Positions 1 through 11,589 of a DNA stretch of 64,000 nucleotides are shown one piece after another; positions within the stretch are counted from its first letter, which is position 1, and each line of letters begins with the position of its first letter. This DNA comes from Camelus dromedarius (Eukaryota). The stretch is taken from contig NC_087437.1 in the NCBI RefSeq assembly GCF_036321535.1, forward strand, positions 117,678,001 to 117,742,000, in the 5' to 3' direction. A model generated the notes under the pieces. The model worked only from the letters and a program-made list of their open reading frames with translations, was not told the origin of the DNA and ran no database searches. A program made the translations under genes and the position numbers.

Positions 1-409
1 GGAACCAACCCATTTGTTGCATAAACCTCAGTGCACTTTACAAACGCTTCCTAAGTCAGACATTGTAAAGAACAGCCGTCAATGGTATAATATTTACTTT
101 TCTAATTATAGTGCTCTAAGAATGTAAGTTTTTGCAAAGAGAGTGATTAATGATTTAAAAGCTAGACATCAAAGCTTCCCAAAAGATAATCATCGGGACC
201 TAAATTTCTCGGTCTTTAAGGAGATTTAGGAACAATTTCAATGATGAAGGAACAAGAATCTAATTAATAACTCTAGATACGTATTAGGGGATTTAATTTC
301 ATGGCAGTAATTAATTTCCATATAACATGGATGCAAATATTAATAACTAAACCAAACATAATCCCAGATTAGCCAGAAGTGTATTTTTCTCAAACAATGG
401 TTCTGGAGA

Positions 410-600
410 AAAAGCATGAGCTTGGAGGACAGACAGACCTGCAGCTGAATCCTGGTTTTACGATGTAGTATGTGTACAGCTTTGGGCTGGTTCCCTAACC
501 TCTGTGAGATTCAGTTCTCCCATCCATAAAACAGGGGCTCTAATATCCACTGTGCAAGCAGGTGGCTTGCGGGGCTGTTGCAAAGGTAACAGACATGACC
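410..600 (+). mobile_element. MIR SINE relic
   Basis: MIR-core-like ttccctaacctctgtgagattcagttctcccatccataaaacagggg, preceded by cagacagacctg...gaatcctgg. Confidence 0.65.
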
Positions 601-938
601 TCACCCTTCTGTCCCAGTCCTGGCACAGAGCAGATACCCACTAACGCTAACTCTTCTCCCGTGCAGTCTAAATAAAAACAAGTAACAACTTGACCTGAAA
701 TTGCTAACACTTTCAGAATAAACCAATGCCAAGAGTTACTGGCTTCAACTGACACAATTTTACTAATAGCTAAAATCAGACAGTAAGAGCTCAACGTCCC
801 AGCCAACGACGTTACCATCCCTATTCGTTTCTTAGGCGCAGGGCTGAGAAGCTCCCCCGCCTTGTACTGGACAGGCACGCAGCGTTAACGCACGCTCAGC
901 ACGGACAACACTCACACAGGTTAACTGATGCTTGACTA

Positions 939-1211
<273 letters not shown>

Positions 1212-2829
1212 TCAAGCGCTGTATTAGAATTACTCGGGAATGCTAAAATAGACGATCACCCTCAGGGCTTGGCTTTGGAGCATGAATGAAAGAGAACGAC
1301 TACAGCAGGGTCCCTCCTCTCTCCTGGGACTCGGTTTCTCCTCATCAAGCAAACATTGACTTGGGGAGCCTGCTGGGCGGCTGTCCATTTAAAAGAGTTT
1401 GGGATTTATGTGTTTGTCAAGAGCTCTACTGAGACATCAACTGCCACGTCACCACCACCCGGGGACGGGACTGCCATTTAAAATAAGCTCTGTTTGCAGT
1501 CCTAGAAAAACTACACGGCGGTGGTCTATCCCGGGGTCACCTCTCATTCTGACCCTGGCAGGTGTCTGAGACGGGAGGTGGGGGAGGAGCAGACAGACCT
1601 GTCTTCAGGGTGTCTTGATTCCTGGACTGAAATGGCTCTGCAGTGTGTTACTTTTCTCCCCTCGTCTCCTGAGCTTTAACGACGCTAGAACACCCTTTAA
1701 CAGACTTCTCAAAATGACTCCCTTGTCAGATTCCCCAGGTCCCATCAGCATAGGCACTTGAAGGTAGGGAGCTGGAGCCTGGGTGCAGGTGATGTGGAGG
1801 ACTTTGGTGCTTGGAGAAGGAGTGGTTGGTTGGGCTTTGTGTCACTATTGGATCGTCTCAAGATTTTCCTTACTTTGTTATGATACTTTTCACACTTCCT
1901 TAGGAGCTTTTTGACTCCAAGGGAAAGTGGGTTAGAATGTACAAATTTTTCATACATTTTCAGGCACTGCAGCCTGGGATGATGCTCTTGTGAGTTTACC
2001 AGTCAGCCGGGACCACGCTGCAGCCTGCCCTGACACGCGACGGTGATGGGAAAGTCATAAACAACACAGCTAGACTTCTGTGCCCAAAAAAGGCCCTGAA
2101 CAGAATGAACCTTACAAAATCCAATTACTCAGGGCTCTGGCAGGAAAGGAAAACCTCTTGAAGTTAGAATAAAATTTCTTGGCAGAGAAAAAGAGGCAGC
2201 CCTGCCAGGAAGTCTGCAGGAACTCCGCGCGTGGTGCAGCCCAGGCTGGTACTGCAGCGTGGGGAGCCGGGGCTCGGCTTGGGGGTCCTGGCCCGCAGCC
2301 CTCCCCGCCCCCCCCCGGAGATAGGGTGGCCTTTCCACTGAGACAGGTTCTTACGATTGGACCTGGTGTCAGAGGCCCGACACCCACGCCCGTTCTTCAT
2401 CCAGAACACCGTGCTGCGGCTTCTACCACGCAGCCCAGCCAGGAGCGCCCAGGGCACCTGTGGGGCTGGGCTTCCAATTTTAATGGGTCATTTCAAGCGC
2501 TGTCAGTTTGTGAAGTTAACCGTTCATTCTGGCTAGAAAATTGATGGCATTTTCCTATTGGATTCTTGTTGGCAGAGCCCAGAGCTCTTTAAAGCATCCA
2601 GTTTCTACTTCCCCAATAATTAGAAAATGCCATCGACCAAGCTGTCAGGCAGCACCGGGAGGTCAACGACTCTTGGTGATGGATGACCCTGCAAGGAATG
2701 GGCTGCATCCCTGGCCAGGGGTCGTTACTGTGTACAGAAATGACGGGCAGGCCTCCCTCCGGCGTGCGGTCAGTGGTGACTGGCTTTTAGGAGGCGATGC
2801 ACTGCTCCCTGGATCTGCCTAGCCATCTG

Positions 2830-3283
2830 TTTTTTTCTTTTTCTTTTTATTGAAGTGTAGTCAGTTTACAGTGTGGTGTCAATTTCTGGTGCACAGCATT
2901 GTGTTTCAACCACACATATACACACACCTATTTGTTTCCATATTCTATTTCATTATAGGTTACTACAAGATACTGAATATAGTTCCTTGTGCTCTACAGC
3001 GGAAGCTTGTTTATCTATTTTATATATATAGTAGTTAGTATCTGCAAATCTTGAATTCCCAATGAATCCCTTCCCACCTCCTTTCCCCCTGGTAACCATT
3101 TAAGAGTGTTTTCTATGCCTAAGTCTGTTTCTGTTTTGTAAGTAAGTCCATTTGTGTCATTTTTTAAAGATTCCACATATAAGTGATCTCATATGGTATT
3201 TTCCTTTCTCTTTCTGGCTTAGTTCACTTAGAATGACAATCTCCAGGTCCATCCACGTTGCTGCGAATGACATTATTTTCTTT
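2830..3283 (-). mobile_element. 5'-truncated L1 3' end (artiodactyl/camelid type), sense to DSCAM
   Basis: Poly-T followed by ttttattgaagtgtagtcagtttaca..., then gattccacatataagtgat and ctccaggtccatccacgttgctgc, typical of an L1 ORF2 end and 3'UTR read in reverse. Confidence 0.85.
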
Positions 3284-4182
3284 AAACAGCCACAGGTAGA
3301 ATTATTTAGACACAGGTGTTAACAGTCACCAAAGGCAAGGCAAGGGCCAGGCGGGGGCCCTGCCCGGTTCCGCTCCTAACTGTCCGAGTGACCTGCCAGC
3401 TGCGTCCCCTGTCCGCATCCCAGCTCCAAAGTGGTGCCTTTTCCCTAGGCTGCTCAGGAGGAGTAAGTTAACACACACAAAGTGCTTACAGAAGTGTGTA
3501 GAGCTCCTCTAAATGTTAGCTCTTCTTCTGATCGTTTCTGCGGTGGAAATAGAAAGTCTCTGATTCTAGAACAAATAGAACCATCTAGGTAAGCAGTGCA
3601 GGACAGCAAACTTCGAGTGGAAAGAAGCCAGAAGGAGTCAAGACACCGCGTTCTGGGTGGAAAGGCCGCTAAAGCTCGCCAAGCGTCTGTTCTGCCGTCG
3701 TGAAACAAGGCGGCCGGGTCTTTCCCAAAGTACCTGGGCGGAAGCTATTCCAGGATGTTGAAGGGGCACTGGGGGTGGAGAAAAGATGCCTGTGCAAAGA
3801 CCCCTGTTTGCTGAGTGTGAGGGGATTTCAAATGTTTCTTGAATAAAGGCCCTACTGGAGCTGTGGAGATTACATGAAGTGAACTTCCAAGCCGGATCTT
3901 AGTGTGAAGCCTTCCTCAGTTTGTTAGATTACAGACGTTGGTTCTTTGGAGCAGCACAATAGCCTCTCCAGGAAAGACCCAACTTGGGTCAGAGCTGGGG
4001 GACTCTGCTCAGCTGACCTCTGTGGAGTCTCTAAGTTCATCTCCTCCCATATTTGCTGGTACTTATTAGTCTCCTCAGTAAAAGCTGTCTACCTCCTAAC
4101 TTCTCTGCTCATGTAGCATTCAAGATGGTCTCATGTCTCATACTTCCCATGGCCCAGGGTTTGGGCTGAGAGGGCATGGCTA

Positions 4183-4377
<195 letters not shown>

Positions 4378-6494
4378 TCAGGGGTACATTAGGCCAACAT
4401 GTGCTTGTCCACTAACTCGGCTTATTATCTAATTATGTGAATGCCTGTGGGGTGCGGAGGGGAGGGAAAGAGGCACATGATAGATTTTTCTTCCTTCATT
4501 CAATTGATATTTATTAATATTAAATTTCGACAGCCCATTGTGAGGTTTAGAAAATATAATCATCAGTAGGGATCGGTTCTACATCGGTCGACGGAAATTT
4601 GGAGTTTCCCGTTCCTTGTGTAAAAGCCAAATGAAACACACACATGAGAAACCACTCATAAACCAACACATTTTCATTTGTCAGATATGAGTTATTCCAG
4701 TGACAGCAAGAGACGGAGCCTGGGTACTGGCTGTTCACTGACTAGGTTTGTATTTATATCTGGAGTCATTTTATTTTTGTTCTAGTAACAAATCATAAAC
4801 CTTGTTAACTCCCCTTGCATTAGTTTAGTTTTCCTAGCCCAAATTACACTTTAGAATAGAAAAAAAGCAATTACCTCAAGAATTTTACCTCAAAATTTGT
4901 GTACCAGAAAATTACTCTCATAGTGAGCTGTCTTCTAAAAGTAAATGAAAGCAAGTAGTAAAACTGCATGGCAGAATCAAAGGCAGCCACAGCGCGAAGT
5001 AACAAGAAGTCTGCATGTTGGACAAAAACCCGCAGAAGTCGATGAAGACCTTAATTAACAATCCGATTAGAAGAATGGTTGCTCAGTCTTTGCAGAATTT
5101 TAAGAATTGAGTAGATTTAAAAAAACATCCTCCAGAAGCAGCAGCCATTCGGATAATTTAATCAATGTGGTGATCTATGGCATCCATAAATCCAGCTCAA
5201 AAATTGCCAAAATCTGTTTTGAAACGGTCTGTAGAGCCTCGTACACTCAGTGACGACTCATCGCCGTGTTGGCCACGCTGAGTGGAGAGCAGTCAAGGGG
5301 AAGCTGTACTGTATCTCAGATGCTTTTTTGCTACAACCAAGCCTTCACCAGGAGGCCCAGATCCTTCCTCGTCCATGAGCACTCATCCACTCTTGAACTA
5401 CGTGGCTGAAGAATGTTAATAACCTGAAGGTCAAGTTCACTCGAGAAGTTTAATGTTTGCAGTCAGGGGTCTATGTTAATATTCTAAATTTTTTTAATGG
5501 CTCTTTCCTCACCTGAGTGTCAACAAAATAGCCCATGAAAATGACAACTTTTGAAAGGAACAGGGGCCCAAGGTAGGACTCGCTCTTGAACCAGATTTCT
5601 TGTTCTGCAGACGAGTAACTGGGTTACGTAGCTAGATCATGCTAATTACGCAGAGCCCAAATTCAAGTGCCTTGGCCTGAATTTCTTGCATGGTCTACCG
5701 ACTCTTTTCAATTATTTGCTTAACCAAGGCCTCATTTTATTTGTGTGTGTGTTTTAAAGCAAAGATTCAGATATTTACACAAAACAGAAAGCACTGGTGA
5801 CCGCAGTTATGTCATGCGGAAACAAGCGCTCTTTCCAGGAAACACACGGGGAACTGCTCCTCGGTGAGTCTCTCGGAGTCTGTTTCGGAACCTCACTAGG
5901 GACGGGCGCTTGTCCTCGCACCAAAAACAGCAGCGCGAGCTCGTTCCTCCTGCTCACCTCCTGCTCGAGTAGGGATGAGGCGGCTCTGCTCAGCGGCTCG
6001 GAGCCCCGACGGCCTTCCTCAGCCTCAGGGTCTGCTGCCCCTCGGCACGGGCAGCAAACTACCCGCAGCCGTGCTCCACCGCGGCCGGCGCCCAGACTCA
6101 GCACATGATTTAACTTCGGGAACAAGGACAGTCAAAGCTGGAGGGAAATTCCCGCTCCCCCAAGGACTAACCTGCCAAGCCCCGCTGCCGGAAGGCGAGG
6201 AAATGGCCCAATAAACCTTGAGATGCAGGGCTAACTGTTCCTCTCTCTCTTTGAACTTGCTGTTCCCTTTGCCTAGGACACACTCCCCCAGCTGGAGCCC
6301 ACGTGGCCGGGTCCCCTCCTCCATCTCTTCAGGGGAGCCGGGCTGGCCCTGCGGCAGGGACGCTCTGTGCTTCCTCCCCCGTCTCCACTCAGTCTTCTCC
6401 CCTTGTTGGGCACTTAATACTCCCCAGCAGGTGTTTAATGGATCCATCTCCTTTATTACCCCCCTCTCCCAACGGACTATCAGCTCCTTAAGGG

Positions 6495-6595
6495 ATATTT
6501 TCATCCCTTCTGTCCCTGTGTATCCCTGGAATTTGGAACAGCATGTGACCAAAGTAGACACTGAACAAGTATTTGCGGAAAGTCTTGAATGAATT
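6495..6595 (+). mobile_element. L2 3'-end relic
   Basis: tgtatccctggaatttggaacagcatgtgacc...aagtatttgcggaa...gaatgaat resembles the L2 terminus. Confidence 0.55.
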
Positions 6596-8974
6596 GCACT
6601 GTTTGGGGGCTGAGTGACGGTCCCAGAGCCCTTGTTTTGGGGGCAATAAGAGCCTTCTCATCTAAAAGGGTCCCAAGGAAGCTGTTTCTTTATCTTCACC
6701 TGCACTGCCATAGTTTACAATCTATTGTTATGTGATGGTTGATTCCCAAAATTGTAACAATTGATCATTAGGACAGCAGCAAACCTTCAAAAAAAAAAAA
6801 AAAAAAAAAGCAATTTGGGGAAAAAAAAAAAACCTCATTTGTGACCTGGAAAAAGATTCTGGGTGTTTTCACTGTGGAAGCAAAAGTGCATCTTCATATG
6901 CTATGGGATCATGCTTAATGTATTAGTTATTATTGAAATACAATCGTCCACCATCCATTTGCCATCTGGTTGTCTGATTAAAATGACAGAGAGCTGACGA
7001 TGGTTTGCAGAGGATGGTATTTCTGGGCTCAGCCAATAAATTACACGCACTTGCTACAGCTCTTTAAAGTCTTACTATTTCTTTAAGTTTTGTGGGAAAA
7101 AAAGTAATCATGGTGTTTGCATAGCATCCCCTTCTTCAAAATATGATATGGAACATCCCACAAGCATAAAATAACTGCGAGGGTATCGGCATCATCGCTC
7201 ATTGTAATAGTCAGGTGGGCGTTTTTATCACCACGCGTATAAAAATATAAACATCAAAAACTAAACTAATTTAAACTCTCAACCAGAACCCTTCACTGTC
7301 TACAACTAGCTTTCTTAGGAATACTGGTCCTCGGACATTAACCACGTGTTGGTTAGTGCCTCAGGGCAAGCCAGTCTGACCTCTTAGAAGCCTGGTGTGT
7401 TTAAAAACCTTATTCTTGCCTAATCGTATAAAAGGAAAATCCTTCCTCTCTGAGCACGGTGGGGGTGGCACCAAGCAGGGGCCCCCCCGAAGGCTCTAGG
7501 ATGTTGGTGTTTGCCCTGCAGTTGCATCTGTCTGTCTGGCCCTGGGGGAACTAAGCTCGCCGAAATACTCGGATGCTTCCTTGTGGGACACGGACGGATA
7601 GTAAATGTCACATTCACCTGCATGTCACACAGAATGACAAAGCTAGAAACAATCTCAAATTCTTGTTTTCAGATGAGGAAAGCAGGACTCAGAGATGCAA
7701 AAGGATGCACCCCCCATCCCAAAACCATCTCGTGGCAGCACTAGGCCTAAACCTAAGCTTGTGACTCTGTGTCCTCACGGCCCCAGCCTGCTAAGTCCTC
7801 AAGTCCTCGCCTTCCCAGAGAGAACACGGAGCGGGGACAGCGAGGCAGTGCAACTCTGTACCAGTGGCCCTGACTCGCCTAGACCTCCCGGGCCACGTCT
7901 GGAACGTGGCTCTCCTGACCCGGTCAGGCTGGGGATGAGGCCTTCGGTTGCTTGGCCTGCTGACCTGCCAAACGTACATCGAGCTGGCCCTTCGTGAATA
8001 AAAGCATCGCTTTCACTTCTAAATTAATCCCAGAAAAATCCATCTATTTGAGGAACCCGGAAATTCCCTTCATTTTCAACCACGTGCATCCTTTGGGAGA
8101 GAACCGCCTCGCACACCTGGAGCGGCCGTAATCACTGGTGTCCATGTTCCTAACTTCATGCCGGCAGCTGCGAACCGCAAACATCGTCATTAGTTCTCGC
8201 TCTTGTCAGTGGGCGGTCTTCCAGCCACGCTGCCTGCCCGCTAACAGAGAAGGACAGGGACGCTCTCTAGCATCTAACCTGGGCTGACGAGCGCGGGTGC
8301 GGGGACGTCAGAGAAGCCAGCGCCAAGTCACCCTAACAAAGCAAATACTGACCGTGTTAGAAAACACGGACCCCGGGGTCACGGGCTTGGGCAGAGGCAG
8401 GGCTGATGGTCTGGGATGGATGAAGGAGGTGGCCAGGAGCTCTCTGGGGGAACGCGCAGCGCAGGAACCAGGCTGGGGAACACATCGGTGAGGAGGCCTG
8501 GGGTGGAGTCAGGGACGGGGCCACTGTGCTGAGCGGAAGCCTCACCCAATCTAAAGGGGGTGCTGGTAGCAGGTCCAGACATCCGTTATCACCTGGGCTG
8601 TGCCCAGTGCGACCAAGGGCATTTTCAGGAGAAGTCAGAAAGCCACCATTTTATGTGAAATTTCTTGATTCTTAGACGCCATCAACAATTTCGTATTTTT
8701 AAGTCTACATTAGAAAATCTATTTTATTGGGTAGAGAACTATTATAAATCGAATGACTCTAGTTTATTTGTTTTCCAGATGTTCTATCAGATTTGCTCAA
8801 CACAAGTGCACACGTTTGGCTGCCTTCCACGTGACCACTAGCAAACAAGTACAGATGTGCATAAGAGCACGGACTGAAGGCGTTTTATATAGATTTTCAT
8901 AATCATGCAAGTTTGATCTAGCATGATGTGGTTAGATAGACGAAGGATGTATTTTACAGACCATTTGTCTCTCT

Positions 8975-9295
8975 GAGCACTACTCTGAACTCCAGCTTCC
9001 TGCTACCAGCTACTTGACACCTTCACTGGACGTTCAAAAAATATCCCGAATTCAACACAATCCATGCAAGTCTTTTTGATCTGATCAACATGTCTTTCCT
9101 CCACCCTACAAAAAAGTCCACCCCAGCATCTATCTCCCTAATCCTGGCAAAGGGCATCAGTGTTTATTTTTTTTTTTAATTTTTTATTGATTTATAATCA
9201 TTTTACAATGTTGTGTCAAATCTAATCACGCACACCAACTATTTCAGAGTCATCCTTGATTCCTGCACATCTGTTACCAACAATTCACACTGTTT
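8975..9295 (+). mobile_element. L2 relic interrupted by a short L1 tail
   Basis: ctctgaactccag...tacttgacaccttcactggacgt and gagtcatccttgattcc are L2-like and lie on either side of the insert. Confidence 0.55.
9164..9222 (-). mobile_element. Extremely 5'-truncated young L1 tail (~60 bp), sense to DSCAM
   Basis: Poly-T plus tttttattgatttataatcattttacaatgttgtgtcaaat, related to the L1 end at 2830-2890. Confidence 0.75.
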
Positions 9296-10295
9296 TAAAA
9301 CCAATAAAGACGCCCGTGGGAAATGTAACCTGTGGGCCAATGGTATTCAGCCTCTGACTTGGATCTTCAATGACACTGGTGATACGGGACATGACTCTCT
9401 GTGAATAACACAAAGTCCTAATTTTATATGCAAAGATGGGGCAGGAAGTTAGAGCCAACTGCGGTGAGGTAGGGGATGGGAAGGGACCTATATCCCATCC
9501 ACTTTATCTCCTACATTAGTCATCCTAAAATGACAATGTCAAGTTCACCATCACAGTCCTTGACATTTTTCTTACCTGGTTCCTAGACTCTGATTATCTC
9601 CCTTTCACTTTTGGTTTAATCATTACAATATAAAATACAAATACTGTAGTGCCTTCTATAGCTGTGAACATTCAACTACCCCTAGTCAGCCATCTACTCA
9701 ATGGTTAAAAATGGGGCAACTCCAGTGCTGGGTACTCCTAAAACGGTGATGAAATAGGAGGCCGTGCCCTCCAAGACCACACAGGGAGCAGACATTTGCA
9801 GCAGGAGTTGGTGAGTGCCTGGTGGAGGGGTGCTGAAGGAGCTGTGGGAGCTGGGGACACGGAAGGTCCTTCTTGATCAGCCCATTGATTCTGGGGAGCA
9901 CAACAGACAACCCATTTCACGTGGTGGGTTTCTTCTCGCCTGGCTGACTGCTAGCAAGAAGGCTTGGCCTCAAGGCGGCGTATCTGAGTGGAAGCAACAC
10001 CAAAGCTGCTTATTCGTAACACGCCTCTCTATTCTCAGGTTTACGGGAAACACTCTATTGGTTGAGTCCAGCCAACAAGAAAACTACCTAGGCTGTGCAG
10101 AAGAGCGTAGTATCTGGGATCTATGTATCCAACTCGGCATGACATGGATATTCCGGTCCATAGAATGAAAGCTGTATGTTAACCACAAAATGGGTTATCG
10201 ACTTCAGACTGTCATTAAAAGGAAAGAAACCATCAAAGCAAGTTGGAGATTGTTCTTTTAAACATGACATTTGGGATGCTAGGTCTTGTTCTTAC

Positions 10296-10326
10296 CTCAT
10301 GAGCATCTCAGCCAAACTCTTCGCAT
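10296..10326 (-). CDS. DSCAM: DSCAM exon ~28, 31-nt microexon, phase 1-2; absent from ORF track
   Basis: tactaat (branch-like) ... ctttctttccccag|AT GCG AAG AGT TTG GCT GAG ATG CTC ATG AG|gtaaga; encodes DAKSLAEMLM(S) and is required to keep frame between exons 27 and 29. Confidence 0.95.
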
Positions 10327-11558
10327 CTGGGGAAAGAAAGTTGATATTAGTACATGATAAACAACTCATTAACATTCGCTTAAGCATTTGTGACAAATAC
10401 TCTACAGATTCAGATGACAATGGCCATTTTTAAATGTGACTGTATATCCAAATTACTACTAATGACCAAAAGTTTTATGGATTCCTTATTTCTTCTAAAT
10501 GAGGCACCTATCTATCTATCTGACAGCATAAAGAGATAGCCACAGACCTCTCAGATGCTTGCTAAAGGTTTTATTACAATCTATTCATTTGTCACTTTTC
10601 AAAAACCCAATTTTACTTTCAGAAGGCAGAAATCAACATTTTGGAAGTAATTCATTATGTAATACAAATTCTACTCTCTTTGTTATCAAAATACCAAAAT
10701 TAAAAAGATTATGATCACTTAACAAGGCATGTTATAGAGTTATGAGTCCCTTTGGCTGATCAAGGAATTGTATAAATGGAACATCACTGTGTCTGGAAAC
10801 TTAGATGTTTATTTCAAATCAGAGATAAAACCCTTCTTTATTCCTTTTCTCTGAGGACACTGTTTACCAAGACCTGGTTATCACTCCTGACAAAAAGAAA
10901 TCCTTCCTAAACATGATGCAAATCTTTTTTTTTCTTTTTTTTTACATTTTAATGGCATTGTTTTGAAATTCTCATTTCCCTTAAAATATAATTTCTTCTT
11001 TTTACACATTTTGTCCCAGCAAAAATGAATGTTTCCTTCCTTAGAACACAAAGGCCTTCTTTCTGTTTTTTTTTTTTGTTGTTGTTGTTGTGGCTCTCTA
11101 AAAGTCTCGATGTTACTACCTGCAGTGTTCAATGGACAGAACTTTCTGGAAATGGATTCAGCTGACTGTGTGACTGGCTCTAGAATGAAGACGTGCACAT
11201 GCCGGAGCATTTCCATCTCTGGGCGCTTGACTTTTGAATGCAGTCGCTTTCACATCAGGGAGCAGGAAGCTGTAACTGAGAGGTGTGGGCAGTGACAGGG
11301 CCAAGCACACGTGGCCCGGCACCCCATGACCTGCCAGGCCCGTTGCCACTGGCGACCTCACAACGAGGCCTCGAGTCTGTGCACAGATGGGCTCAGTCTG
11401 GGAAACGAAACAGCTCGCTTTACCCCACCCACATAGCAAAGCAAAGACAGCAAAGTCGCGTCCAGTCTCCCAGCTCATGCTGCTATATTTATCTGCAAAG
11501 ACACAGTAAGTATGAGGAGCTTCTCCACTTCCGGAATGATTTCACACTTGCAAAGTAA

Positions 11559-11589
11559 ACACACACATACACACACACACACACACACA
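11559..11589 (+). repeat. (CA)n microsatellite (UG repeat in the DSCAM pre-mRNA)
   Basis: acacacacatacacacacacacacacacaca. Confidence 0.95.
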
